64,000 nucleotides of DNA from Iphione sp. A-MEVVRFRX5. Lineage: Eukaryota. Shown piece after piece: positions 13,461 through 26,441 of the stretch. The translations under genes were made by a program, and so were the position numbers. Position 1 is the stretch's first letter. Each line of letters opens with the position of its first letter. The DNA is taken from positions 11,594,001 through 11,658,000 of the forward strand of contig OZ320315.1 in NCBI GenBank assembly GCA_976226885.1, written 5' to 3'. The notes beneath the pieces are model-generated. The model saw only the letters and a list, made by a program, of their open reading frames with translations, made no database searches and was not told where the DNA came from.

Positions 13461-15007
13461 CACAGTCTGAAGTCCTCCCAGAGGTATCTAATACATTTTA
13501 ACATCGATTTCTGATCCAAGGTGTCAACTGCTGGTTCCTGCAGGTGGCCCTGCTATGACAGCGCCATTATGACGTAAAAAAGCGTTAGGTTATCTGCCAT
13601 CCCTACACCTTCAAGTTAGTGATCATTTCATCAAGTCTCAAACTGTTGAATGACACCATCCTCGGCCGTGGTGCGAGTTGGTGATAACGTGGGCTGCTTT
13701 TGCAGTGAGTTGGCTATGTCATGGCTCGGTTGTGGTGTGACTTTTTATAGTATATTTTAGAGTGTATATAGTTTATATTTATATACTATGTATATAGTTT
13801 ATATTTATATACTATCTATATTGGCTAAATCAGAGATCATCCTGTTAATGTGTGCGTTCCCCTTATTTAATGACACATGAGGACAGAAGACACCCTGGGG
13901 CAGATGTAGGTGTCTCTCCAGGCCTCATCCGGCCGCAATCATAGGAGGCGGGGAGGGGGGGGGGGCGGGGGCTCCTAAACAGGACAGCAAAGGTCCTTAA
14001 TTAGAAGACATACTGGGACGGAATCAGGGTTGTCGCACAGGAGAAGGGATGTCCATTGACGTAGGATTGAGGCAAGATCCATGGCACGTACATTCTAAAG
14101 ACCTTCCTCTATAAACTGAAGACCTGTCAAAGTTGAAGACAATCGTTGGGGCTTCGGAACTGTGGCCCTCCCACAAACACTGGACACAGCTGGGTCTACA
14201 AAACTTGGTCTTTTGGGCTGTTAATCTATAAGCTTACCTCTGCGCTTATCGTGAACCGAGACTGTCTGCTGTGTAAGGGTATAGATGTACACACATGTTA
14301 ATACATTATATATTTATATTGAAATATATAAGTATATATACATTGTGCTGGGTCGGTATCTGAACTCCTTTCCCGCTTATATTTGTATCAGTATGTATAT
14401 ATTAAATCCACACATATACATATATATATATACAGACTAGATGGGATTTAATGAGTTTGGTTGAATCAGGACAAATTGGCTGCAGACACGGGGCGGCGTT
14501 CGGCGCGCGGGAAATGTACGCGCCTCCGACATAAATTCCGAATTAGTATTCCGCCCGGCCCGTGGAATGAATCCCCGATAATACTTGGCCCCTGCTGCAA
14601 GGACCTGTGCAGGAAATTGGGTTCCCCGACAGCGACCTGTGGGCGAGCTGCCTTGACTAGACTGGGGACAGGGGGCCTGGCAGAGTGTGATGGAGGAGGG
14701 GCTGAGGTCAGGTGACCACGAGTCTGAGACACTCTCAGAAGGAAAAGCAGGGCGCGCCATTACATCCGGGTCCTTTCCGCCGGCAGCACTAAGTGAGGAG
14801 TGAACACAATGTGAGCTGTCACGTGGACACAATTATGCACGGAATTTCCAGGATTTATAGTCTAGGATATCATGATTTAAAATCTAGGATATCATGATTA
14901 AAAATCTAAGATATCATAGAAAGTTGATACTTTAAAGTCACCTATCCTTTCATAATATTCCGTTAGTTGACTCACGTAATAAAGAGTTGAATAGTTAGTG
15001 CCAGTGG

Positions 15008-15985
15008 TCTGATATCTACCTAACTACTGACAACTGAACCAGGACAGCAAGCGATCTGATATCTATCTGACCACTGACTACTTAACTGTGACACGGAGGG
15101 ACCTGATATCTACCTAACTACTGACCCCTGAGGCATGATACAGAGAGACCTGATATCTACCTGGCTGCTGACTACTGAGTTATGATATTGAGGGACCTGA
15201 TGTCTACCTAACTACTGACTACTGAGCCATGATACTGAGTGGTCTGATATCTACCTGACTACTGACAACTGAACCATGACACTGAGTGGTCTGATATCTG
15301 CCTGACTACTGACAACTGAACCATGACACTGAGTGGTCTGATATCTACCTGATTACTGACTACTGAGCCATGACACTGAGAGACCTGATATCTACCTGAC
15401 TACTGACTACTGAGCCATGACACTGAGGGACCTGATATCTACCTGACTACTGAGTACTGAGCCATGACACTGAGGAACCTGATATCTACCTGACTACTGA
15501 GACATGACACTGAGGGACCTGATATCTACCTGACTACTGACTACTGAACCATGACACTGAGTGGTCTGATATCTACCTGACTACTGACTACTGGGCCATG
15601 ACACTGAGTGGTCTGATATCTCCCTCACTACTGACTACTGGGCCATGACACTGAGTGGTCTGATATCTGCCTGACTACTGACAACTAAACCATGACACTG
15701 AGTGGTCTGATATCTACCTGACTACTGACTACTGAGCCATGACACTGAGTGGTCTGATATCTGCCTGACTACTGACAACTGAACCATGACACTCAGTGGT
15801 CTGATATCTGCCTGACTACTGACAACTGAACCATGACACTGAGTGGTCTGATATCTGCCTGACTACTGACTACTGAAGAATGACACCGGGGGGCCTTATA
15901 TCTCCCTCACTACTGACTACTGGGCCATGACACTGAGGGCCTGATATCTACCTGACTACTGACAACTGAACCATGACACTGAGTT
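15008..15985. repeat. 47-bp minisatellite, ~21 copies
   Basis: Unit CTGATATCTACCTGACTACTGACTACTGAGCCATGACACTGAGTGGT. Confidence 0.95.
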
Positions 15986-16334
15986 GTCACTCACTCAGTC
16001 ATGATAATGGGTATGTGATGTCCATTTGACTACTAACTACTCTGCCATGGCAATAGGCACTTCAGATCTACCTGACCATTACCTAGTGAGCTATGTCATT
16101 TGGTTTTACATGAGGTATAAGGCCAAATGCCACAATGCGGACACCCCTGACCCAAACTGTCCGGATTTCTGGTAATGTCCATATAATGACAATCATTGAA
16201 ACCATATTATACTGTATTTGTTCTTTGCTTAACTGTCCCTAATTCCGGTAATGTCTGCATGGAGGATTGTCTGCAATATGGTATTTGACTGTATGTGAGT
16301 ATAAAAACAAAGTTTTATCATATACATGTACATA

Positions 16335-16503
16335 CAGTGTCCCCTTGGACTACGACCACCTCTCTAACCAGACCACATCCCCAATAAGACCTCTTTTTAG
16401 GAACAAAATTACATATATAAATACCCCTCTCTAATAAGACCACTCTCTATTCAGAAGACTTGTGGTAAGAACCAATGGTGGTCTTATTAGCGAGGGGACA
16501 CTG
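16335..16503. mobile_element. Tc1/mariner-superfamily MITE (169 bp)
   Basis: TA|CAGTGTCCCCT...AGGGGACACTG|TA: a perfect 11-bp TIR with TA target duplication and internal (TAA)GACC repeats. Confidence 0.85.
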
Positions 16504-16999
16504 TATATATCTGGTCTGTATCCATAGCTGTGTATCCATGGTAACATACTCTTTATTATGTATCCATGGATAAGTACCCAAAGCTATCCATCCATCCATC
16601 ATAATTACATCCCTACTAAGACCCCAACTACAGCAAAGTGACTAAACATTCAAGGATGGTTAGCTAGGGTAACTAGCTTCTCCAATCCATCACCAGAGAG
16701 CGCTGTCCACCTCATTTAACATTAGCCAATCAGAGGCTCGCAGACGGATCCGTCCCAGAATGCAGCACTAATGCTGATTAGGGATGGGAGTAATTAATCC
16801 TCTGCTGTACATCAGCAAGACCCCCCCCCCTCCACCCCCCTCCCCCTCACTACCTCTACCACTTCTATTACGGTTATCTGCGGGGAGCCAGGGTACGGGT
16901 GACCTGACCCCAGTTGACCTATGACCCTCATGCAACCACCCCCCCTACTGGCTGGTCATCCGGAGCTGTGAATTTATCATTTCTTTGAGGCCGCCTTTA

Positions 17000-17900
17000 T
17001 CAAGAACGTAATTTCTTCCTATTATCTCCTTTACATACTGTCTGGGACAATGCAATGGAAGAGTAGAAGGATTCCGAACGGGTTTTCTTGAAGTATATTC
17101 ATGACTACTGCTATTTCAATATATAAAAAGATTGCTGTCAGTGCTGTGATTCTATTCGGAATCTTCATTTAACTCTCCCAGGAAATAACATCTTTCTTGT
17201 ATTGTCTCTGATATTATTATATTCGTCTAATTTAGTTGTTATAATGCTTCTGAGAACACTTGAAAGTTCTTTGTTAGGAATCACGAGGGGAAATATAAAT
17301 CAGGATTCACCGTATAAAATAATTGGATAATTGTTAATATGTGGCTCACCAAGTAAAGGGTCTCCTTATTTATACACTGGGCTCAGGTCTCACTAAGCCA
17401 AATCTAAACCACGTCAAGAGATTGAAAAGGTTCGCTCGATTTTGAAAAGTGTAACAATATGATAATATTAGCAAATATATTTTTAGGAAACACATTCAGA
17501 GATTGTTTGAAAAAATCTGTTCTTACCTGAGGGGTTGCCCTGGAAACGTCACCTATCAAATAATCAAATATTTCATATTTATGTACAGAAGATATTTTAA
17601 TATTGTCATAGACATTGATCAATCTGTAATAATGAAATACATTATGTTTTACTTATCAAAACGTATTCCTTGTTTTAACATTGGTTCCTAGATTCTAGTA
17701 AGTGCTACTACCATCCTTATGCTCCACATATTGTGCTAAATGTACATGGTAACAAAGTGCTTGGAAATTCTTGATTTTTCCACAATTGAAAACATTTATC
17801 CAGCTATAATGTCCTCAGTTATAAAGTTGCTTCCTATTCATACCATGAACAGAGTTGTCTAGACCTTTCATTCACTGTAAAGTCTTTTTATATGTCGTAT
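17000..17900 (-). mobile_element. Decayed LINE (non-LTR) RT-core fragment
   Basis: Minus-strand fragments occur in RT order: ISKHF...MW (DF.KAF..LW), YDNIKISSV...ATPQV (GV.QG region), QLFYTV (LLYADD region), NNIRDNTRKMLF (VN..KTK.MVF). Multiple stops and frameshifts. Confidence 0.5.
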
Positions 17901-18299
17901 GACAGCAAACAACTACTTATTATCACTCAAAACAATAATCGCACTCATCAGAGGACGAGTACAGTTCATCTGGCGGCTGCTGTGCAAGGCTCTAATAAAG
18001 AAAACACAAGTCCCAAGATCTGAAGCTGCTCACTATCTATGATATTACTCGTGTAGAAGGAGAAACAGAGAGCGAGCAATTGACATATAGCTCGGAGCAT
18101 CTGGGACCGTTGTCCCTTTTCCTCACAAAGCCCTAAATTGAATAAACGCTCACGAACAATACTTGGCTAAGCGTCAGTGAGGCCTTTTTGTGGGTGGGCG
18201 TTTGGGTTGGTGGTGGGTGGCTGGATGGCTGGTTGGTGGGTGTGCTTTCCCAACAGGAATGTTTTGTTATCGATTTTTGTTGATGCAGCAACACACCAT

Positions 18300-18640
18300 T
18301 TAGGCTGTAAAGGAGGAGGAGGAAGACGAGGAGGATGAAGGGGAGAGGAGTTGGAGGGGGATGGAGAGGAGAAAGAGCAGGAGGACAAAAGGTACAAGGA
18401 GAAGGAAGAGGAAGAAGAGAGGAGGAGGAATAGATGGAAGAGAGGGGGAGAGGGGGAGGAGTAGGAGGTGGAGCAAAAGGAGGAGGAGGAGGAAAAAGAG
18501 AAGGAGGAGGAAGAATAGGTAGAAGAGCAGAGGAGGAGGTGGAGGAGGAGCAAAAGGAAGAGGAGGGGAGAAAAAAGAGAAGGGGACGATGGAGGTGGAA
18601 GAGAAGGACGAGGAGAAGGTGCATGAGGACAGGGAGGAGC
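18300..18640. repeat. (GGA)/(GA)-rich low-complexity tract
   Basis: Purine-rich. It explains the P/S/L and E/G/R ORFs at 18133-18692. Confidence 0.9.
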
Positions 18641-19539
18641 CGGGTTTCATTGTCAGTAGAAATGTCATAACTTGACTGTGAACTACATCCAAGGAGCCTA
18701 TGAATGTGGCAGTTTAGACTGAAGAGTGCGGACCGGGTGTTGTGTACCTGGCTGGGCCCACGGGGTGACAGGTACTCTCCCTGTAAACCGGCATTTCCCC
18801 AGTCCAGTCTCTGGCTCCACTGACAATAGCTATTGACATAAACCGTTAATATGTACAGCCGTGTAGGAGCTCTACTCTTCTACTCTACTACAGTAGAGCC
18901 TCCGAGCTACGGCCACCCTTGGCTCCCGGTGAAAGTGTCCCCATCTTGGTGGGGGTGAGTGGGTTGTCTCCAGTTGTGGATGGCATCATGTACGGCGAAA
19001 GTATGATGTTATTCCAGCCAAGCGTGTTCCTGGTCTCAGGGTGTATGCATTTTGGGCCCCCCCGGGGTAGTCAGGCTTGACAGATTTCTCTGGATCGAAT
19101 TTGATGGATTTCTGTTATTGCCAGCTCGATCTACTCCATGTAAAAACAACTGTACAGCTTTTGGAAAAATCAGTCTGTTAGGAGGAAAAAAACTTCAATG
19201 CATTGTCTTTTTTTATAAACGTAACATGGCGATTAAGCTTGGGAGGTTGTGGAGTTGCCTCCATGGTAGACTGTTACTGTATAACTGTAGGGAAATACAG
19301 ATGCAACGGTCTATACAGTATCAAGTATTGTGGAATGGAAAAGGAAAAACAAAAAGGACGCAGTCAGTAGTAAAGAGTAAGGTAAACGTTTATATAGCTG
19401 ACTATCACCCAACTCTTTCCAGAGTCACTAGTTTTTTCCCGTCTGAACTGTGCGAGCGCCTGCAAGTAAATTCATGTACATGTGTATCTGTGTTTGGATA
19501 TCTCCGTGTGTGCAAAGATACTACACACGTTAATTGAGG

Positions 19540-19870
19540 CAGTCGGGCGGCCGTCTGCGGCTCACGGGGGGGGGGGGGCTGGGACTGCGTGATTCTCTCA
19601 GAGATTTCCAGCTAAGAGATGTATTGACTGCGCATGCCCGAGCTGGTCACATGTTGCATGCTTTGTATTCAACTGCGGACCGCAATCTAAACATCTCCTC
19701 CTGATTTGATGGCTTTGTATTCAAGATGGCTGCCGCATTGTGTGGATGTCCTGGCGGACCCCTCCGCCGCTAGGGAAGCGGAAGCGAATCGCGCATACAG
19801 AGCAAGGAACGAGCGTTACATTTCAGGGAGAGACTGACGTGAAGTTCACCATCTCGCTCCGATGTATCCC
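19540..19870. promoter_or_regulatory. CpG-rich promoter-like island
   Basis: NRF1-like TGCGCATGC (19629), YY1-like CAAGATGGC (19722), ETS-like GCGGAAG (19778) and half-CRE TGACGT (19835), next to a poly-G run. Confidence 0.4.
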
Positions 19871-19972
19871 TTGGTAGAACCAAGTTGCTTCTACGTATAG
19901 GGGGGTATTTCCACACACACGTTGGGTTGTCCACATCCAGGAAATATGACCTAAGCATATTCTATGAGAGTA

Positions 19973-20135
19973 CAGTGGACTCTCACCTGAAGACCAGATC
20001 GCAGGGGAGACCAGATCGCAGGGGAGACCACTATATCATAGTCCCAAACAGTATATTTCCTATATAAAAAAAGACCCCAGGGGAGACCAGATCGCAGGGG
20101 AGACCATATTCCTTCTCCTAAGCGGGAGTTGACTG
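19973..20135. mobile_element. Tc1/mariner-superfamily MITE (163 bp)
   Basis: TA|CAGTGGACTCTC...GGGAGTTGACTG|TA, an imperfect TIR with TA duplication. Internal 18-bp repeats of AGACCAGATCGCAGGGG. Confidence 0.75.
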
Positions 20136-20884
20136 TATACCCATGAATCCGTGTTGTGCAGACCCGTATGCAGGTACCTGACCCGTGCACATGGCTAGAT
20201 GTGGCATAATATTTGCGTACCTGGGAGTATGCACAGAGCTGTGTGTGTATCTAGGCGTCCTATTTGTATGTACATACATGAGCTGTATACGCCTGTTGAT
20301 GTGTCTGTGTGGAAGTCTCTGTGTCCGTCCATCTTGTCTGTACGTATATGTCCACACATTAGCTATGAATGTCGGACAGTGTGCCTTGTGTGTAGGTACA
20401 TACGGTGCTGGCTATGAATGTCTGAGAATGTGTGTCGTGTGCTACTAGTTGACTGACTTGCCAGCTGAGAATGGCTGAGAATGTGTCTCATGTGTAAGCA
20501 TGTACAGCAATGTGCTATGAATGTCTGACAATATGTCTTGTGTGAGCATTGGCATCCTAGCTTGGAATGTCTGGCAGTTTGTCTGTGTGTGCTTCCGCCT
20601 GGTTGTCTGATAAGGGTAGAAGGACAGTGGCGCCCCCGGGCGACAGTAAGCGGATCCTTGCTGACAGATTTCTCTCCTGGTCCCCTGACATTTGGCCGGA
20701 ACACCCAAACGCCCTCCTCATCCTCCATGCTCCCTGCCGCCCTCCCTCCCTTTAGACCGACCCCCTCCCTCCTTCCTGACCTATCCCATCTCACCGCGCT
20801 GTTTCTTTTGTCTGGGCTTACTTAACCTCGAACTTCCTTAACACTTGCCTCTTTACCTCTTACCACCTCTATTTTACATTTATT

Positions 20885-21575
20885 ACTTACTCATCACTAT
20901 CACCACTCTCAGTAGAGGGGCCATTACTACTACAACTACTACTATCACCTACTCATCACTATTATCACTCTCAGTAGAGGGGCCATTACTACCACAACTA
21001 CTACTATCACTTACTCATCACTATCATTACTCTCAGTATAGGGGCCACTACTTCTACAACTACTATCACTTACACATCACTATCAGCACTCTCAGTAGAG
21101 GGACCACTACTACTACAACTACTACTATCACCCATCACTATAATCACTCTCAGTATAGGAACCACTACTTCTACAACTACTATCACTTACACATCACTAT
21201 CACCACTCTCAGTAGAGGGACCACTACTACTACTACTATCACTTACTCATCACTATCATCACTCTCAGTAGAGGGACCACTACTACTACTACTATCACTT
21301 ACTCATCACTATCATCACTCTCAGTAGAGGGACCACTACTACTACTACTATCACTTACTCATCACTATCATCACTCTCAGTAGAGGGACCACTACTATTA
21401 CTACTATCACTTACCTATCACTATCATCACTCTCAGTAGAGGGACCACTACTACTACTACTATCACTTACTCATCGCTATCATCACTCTTAGTAGAGGGA
21501 CCACTACTACTACTACTATCACTTACTCATCGCTATCATCACTCTCAGTAGAGGGGCCATTACTACTACAACTAC
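20885..21575. repeat. ~56-61-bp minisatellite, ~12 copies
   Basis: Core CTCTCAGTAGAGGG(A/G)CCA separated by variable (CTA)n/ATCAC tracts. Confidence 0.93.
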
Positions 21576-21794
21576 CACTATAAGAACAGTATTCCTATTC
21601 TCACTACTACCTCAAGTATTGCTCCTCCTACTAAACAGTCAACTTCCAATCAATGCCAACTGCATGTCTATTATTTGTAGTGATATTCTCTACTAGCTGT
21701 AAAGCTGTCAGTATTATTCTCATTGCCAGTACAATAAAGGTTAAAGACTTGGCTCCCATTTGTACTACTGTCCATATCACTTTATGTATACATG

Positions 21795-21970
21795 TAGTTA
21801 AATGCCGCTTTATCACCATCCCTCTGTTCCGATTAAAAGTGGTCGCATTAGAGAAATTAGGCGCAAAGTGGTCAAAACTCACATTATAGGAATTTATCTA
21901 CTCACTCACATATTGATGTATTAATGAAAATGGTCGCAATTTGGTGTGGTCGCAAATAGGCATTCGACTG
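21795..21970. mobile_element. Degenerate MITE-like element
   Basis: Left TAGTTAAATGCCGCTTTATCACCA resembles the reverse complement of the right end (CAGTCGAATGCCTATTTGCGACCA). Internal GGTCGCA repeats. Confidence 0.45.
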
Positions 21971-22919
21971 CACTACAGTCACCAAGGCTACTATTGTTAG
22001 TACTACTTGCAATGCTTACCACTACAAGTATTACTCATTCTATCTGTACTGCTACTACTAGGACCGTTTGAATACTGTTATTACTGTCAGTTTGGTTACT
22101 GTCATTACAATTTCGGCAGGTACTGTCACTAGAACTACTGCAGTTACTGCCACTGTCAGTATGATAAAGCTGTTATTACTGTCAGTGTGGTTACTGTCAG
22201 TACAACTACTGCAGGTACTGCAACTGTCAAGTATGATTTCAGTTATCTATAGTAGTGTTTACTGCTTCCTATAATTCTCTTCCCTTCCCTTCTGCCCTTT
22301 TTTTAACCCTTAGGAATGCCCTGCCCTTCCTATCTTTCTATTCCTTCTCACACTATTGCAATAAAGGGTTAAGAGCCGTCAGCCTCCCCCCTCCCCCTCC
22401 CCCCTACCCGCTAACCACTACCTCCCCAAGCACGCAGCCCCTCCCCCCACACCTTCCAACCTCCCAACCACCGTCTCATCCTCTGGGACACCCTGTGGTT
22501 GCCATGGTTCCCTCCCCCTTTCAACCCTGCCCCAGTAAACCTCTAGTGCCCGTAGTTAACCCATCACCTCCTTCCCCTAAGCCGGACTCCCCCTCCCCCC
22601 CCTCTCACCAACTTCTCCCACCCTCCCTTCATCCCCCCCCCTAAGACTGGGACTGGTCAAATAATTCATCCTTCACATATTCCTCTATCCCCCCCACCCC
22701 AACAACCCACCGCCTCCTTCACCATCCCTCCACCCCTCCCTCCTACCATGCCACCCTCTCATACTCTCTCTCTCTCTCTCCCTCCCCCTGTAAGACCTCT
22801 CCTGATAACGAGCGTTATCTAACTCCTTTGTATCTGGTCCTGTTCTCCTTCTGCCTATCCTCCTACATCACCTGATCTGTCTCTCCTCCCCCCTATCGTA
22901 GCCTCTCCCCCCCCCCACT

Positions 22920-23455
22920 ATAACCTCCTCTCCTCCCTACTGTCACAACCTCACTATCACAGCTACCCCTCCCCCACTTTCGCAGCCTCTCCTCACCCAC
23001 TATCACAGCCTCACTATCACAGCCTGCCCTCCCAACTATCACAACCTTGCTATCACAGCCTCTCCTCCCCACTATCACAACCTCACTATCACAACCTCTC
23101 CTCCCCCCATCACAACCTCTCCTTCCCCACTATCACAACCTCATTATCACAACCTCACTATCACAACCTCACTATCACAACTTCTCCCCCACTATCACAG
23201 CCTCTCCTCCCCCACTATCACAACCTCACTATCACAACCTCACTATCACAACTTCTCCTCCACTATCACAGCCTCTCCTCCCCCACTATCACATCCTCAC
23301 TATCACAGCCACTCCTTCCCCACTATTGCAGCTTCTCCTCCCCACTATCACAACCTCACTATCACAGCCACTCCTCCCCCACTATCACAACTTCTCCCCC
23401 ACTATCACAACTTCGCTATCACAGCCTCTCTAGCCTCACTATCATGACCTTACTG
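22920..23455. repeat. Compound minisatellite
   Basis: Shuffled sub-units CTATCACA(A/G)CCTCA and CTCCTCCCCCA. Confidence 0.9.
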
Positions 23456-24234
23456 TCACAACTTCTCTGCCTAAGTTCTATTTCTTGACTCTCTCCCTCT
23501 CACTAATATGCCCCTCTGTAACTCTCCCTTTTACTCTGTGTCCGTCTTTGTGCGCTCTCCTATCCATCTTTCCAGCTCTCTTTTACAATTACCCCTTTCC
23601 TCACACTCTTCTAGCACAATTCTCTTCCCCTCTTTCATCTCTCATACATATCTCTGTCTTTCTCTGTCATCCATGTTAACCTAGCTCTCTCACTCCCAAC
23701 CGTCTATCTACTTGCCTTTCCCTCCCTCCCCCTCCCTCCTCCCCTCTTCCCCTCCCTCCCTCTCCCCCCTTCCCCGCTACCCTACTATCACCCTCGCGTC
23801 TCCAATTGTCCCAGGAAGATTACCCTCCCTTCCTGTGACTAACACTGACCCACTGCCTGTGGCGCCATTCTGTGGCCGCTGGACACACTAAATACTGATA
23901 AGCCAGGATTAGATGGGAGTGATGCCTTTCCCCTCACCTTCTCCGACTTTTCTGTTCCCTTAAGTCTGGGCTAATTGCATCTCTCCCCGGTCGATCCTCC
24001 TACTGTTTCTTCTCTTCTCTCATCTCATGCTCTGTCCCCACCGGCCCGGCCTCCCCCTCCCCTACCGCTTGTAACGCCTCTATCCATCCTTTGTTGTACC
24101 TGCCTCATTTCCCATCCCCTACCCATCCGTTAATGTGAATAATTCAGCCTCTTCACTTCCTACCTGTACATATCCGTCCTGCGCTCCTTTCTATATTCCA
24201 GACACGCCGACCACCCAGGCCATGGCTACCTTAC

Positions 24235-24980
24235 TTCCTCCTCCCACCTCCACTTCGTCTTCTCAGCATCTCCTCCTCTACCTCCTCCTCCCACCCCTCT
24301 GCTAAGTCTTCTCAGCATTTCCTCCTCTACCTCCTCCTCCCACCCTCCACTTCGTCTTCTCAGCATCTCCTCCTCTACCTCCTCCTCCCACCCCCCACTT
24401 CGTCTTCTCAGCATTTCCTCCTCTACCTCCTCCTCCCACCCTCCACTTTGTCTTCTCAGCATCTCCTCCTCTACCTCCTCCTCCCACCCATCCACTACGT
24501 CTTCTCAGCATCTCCTCCTCATCCTCCTCCTCTCACCCGTCCACTACGTCTTCTCAACATTTCCTTCTCTACCTCCTCCTTCCACCCCTCTGCTACGGCT
24601 TCTCAGCATCTCCTCCTCTACCTCCTCCTCCCACCCTCCACTTCGTCTTCTCAGCATCTCCTCCTCTACCTCCTCCTCCCACCCCTCCACTTCGTCTTCT
24701 CAGCATCTCCTCCTCTACCTCCTCCTCCCACCCTCCACTTCGTCTTCTCAGCATTTCCTCCTCTACCTCCTCCTCCCACCCTCCACTTCGTCTTCTCAGC
24801 ATCTCCTCCTCTACCTCCTCCTCCCACCCATCCACTACGTCTTCTCAGCATCTCCTCCTCATCCTCCTCCTCTCACCCGTCCACTACGTCTTCTCAACAT
24901 TTCCTTCTCTACCTCCTCCTTCCACCCCTCTGCTACGGCTTCTCAGCATCTCCTCCTCTACCTCCTCCTCCCACCCCTCC
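24235..24980. repeat. 48-bp minisatellite, ~15 copies, with higher-order duplication
   Basis: Unit CTTCTCAGCATCTCCTCCTCTACCTCCTCCTCCCACCCTCCACTTCGT. Block 24481-24636 recurs at 24821-24976. Confidence 0.95.
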
Positions 24981-25220
24981 ACTGGATCATCATCATCATC
25001 TTCGTCCTCCTCCTCCGCTCTCCTAGATCCTCTTTTTGCCTGCCTGCCTGCCTGACATATGCTCCCATCCTGCCTGTCTCCCCGAGTTTGTCCCTTTTCT
25101 CCTCATCCCATCCTTCTCCTATTCCTTATGATCCCAGCCATTCTCTCCCTACCCTCTTCCGCTCCATCCATCCCCCTCTCTGGTCCCTTTCTCTCTCTCT
25201 CCTTTACCTTCTTTCCTCAG

Positions 25221-25680
25221 GCTCCGATCCCTCCAGTCACAAAAGTTAAACAACCAGTACAATGCCTCTCTCCCCCCCGCAGCTACAACCTCAGCTCGAG
25301 CCCCTCCTCGGTTGTCGACAGATTGCAGAGAGCACTACTTAAATCCATTCGACTCCTGCCGAGTGAAACGGCGAGCCTCCGTGAGGTATCAACGAGAGCT
25401 TGTCTCACACACGCGCGAGACTCGCCGAGACTTGCCGCCCAGACGCGCCCCTCCAGTCGCAGCCAACAACTGGACCCGGGGCGACACGGCCGCCGTAAAA
25501 GCCTTACCGTGTCGCCCCCTACCGGCGCTATTGACCGGCTATTGTGGAGACTCGGGTGTCCTGCCTAGTTCTCCGGCCTGCCCCTTGGCGGCGCTGGCCT
25601 GCAAAAAGAGCTTGACACCCCCTCTCCCCCCCAAACCGTACGGTGAAAATATGGGTCTGAAGGTTCTCACCTACAAATAA
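25221..25680 (+). CDS. Candidate terminal coding exon (frame ambiguous), product unknown
   Basis: Strong acceptor CCTTTACCTTCTTTCCTCAG| at 25220. Two frames stay open, 115 aa to 25568 and 152 aa to 25680 (NPFD, RRASV, PPLPPKP). ATTAAA at 25710 and AATAAA at 25802 lie downstream. No homology recognised. Confidence 0.35.
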
Positions 25681-26303
25681 CAGAATGTGTAGAATGCCTC
25701 TCTCTGGTTATTAAAGATGTCTTTCATTTCTATTGATAGTCATACTTTAATAGCAATGATCATCAACACAGAATGAAACAACACATTTCACTTAAGGGTA
25801 AAATAAATTACTCCAATGTGGGATACAGGAGGGTGACACCTATAGCTGTGAAAGAATCCTCTCTGCCCACCTACAGAAGGCTTAATATTCTGACCTTGAC
25901 ATATGACCTTGAGGAGGACGTCCATAATTAATGACTCATTCAAGCAAAGCATGTTGCATTTTCAGAGAAAATGAACATAGTGTGGATTTGTGAAATAATA
26001 TTACGGGACAAATTTACCTCAACCAAAACCTTAGAATTTCCGTTTACTTCATGAAAAACCGGGGAGGCATTTTGAATAAAGGATGACTTTGTATTTTTAC
26101 TTTCGATTGTTTTCTGACAAATAGACATAATTAACACTCTACTGAATGAGGCACAAAAGAAATATGTAAATGTGGAACAATGCCTTCAAACGAAATGAAA
26201 TTCCGACAAAAAATTCCAAAAAATGTGGCGCTACCTGCAGGGTCCACAAGGACATAGCCACGGAGGCCGGAAGTGAGCTCCCTCAGGTGATGCCACCTGG
26301 TGG
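25513..26303 (-). promoter_or_regulatory. Cluster of minus-oriented CTCF-core motifs
   Basis: Exact: CCGGTAGGGGGCG (25513-25525) and CCACCAGGTGGCA (26291-26303). One mismatch at 25579-25591 and two mismatches at 26229-26241. Confidence 0.55.
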
Positions 26304-26412
26304 CGGCGTATCCCGGCGATCGCCAGACGCCAGATGTGCCTCACTACAATGAACGCTGACTAAAGCCTTTGTCTTGAGGGTCTTTGTTTATTTTTTAACT
26401 GAAGCAGGTTAC

Positions 26413-26441
26413 CTCGCGATGCCTCCAGCATGGCCCGCCAT
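26413..26441 (-). CDS. Candidate first coding exon (MAGHAGGIA..)
   Basis: Minus strand CAAG-ATG-GCG-G (YY1/Kozak-type start) followed 29 nt later by donor GAG|GTAACC. An alternative plus-strand reading gives an open exon 26408-26567 (CAG|...|GTAAGT). Confidence 0.3.

Noticed and set aside
14437-14832. FN3-like wording (DLSPSSITL, GSSPTG) in a 131-aa minus ORF
   Set aside because: It lacks the conserved Trp and Tyr positions; a GC-rich island explains the open frame.
19052-19537. 161-aa TTG-start ORF as a gene
   Set aside because: Non-ATG start, no recognisable domain and no coding-like composition.
24226-25026. E/G/R- and P/L/S-rich ORFs
   Set aside because: They are the 48-bp repeat read in different frames.
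25940-26137. LRR-like LVEVNLSRNIISQI on minus
   Set aside because: It is a single repeat with no neighbouring LRRs or convincing splice bounds; a chance match is plausible in this much sequence.
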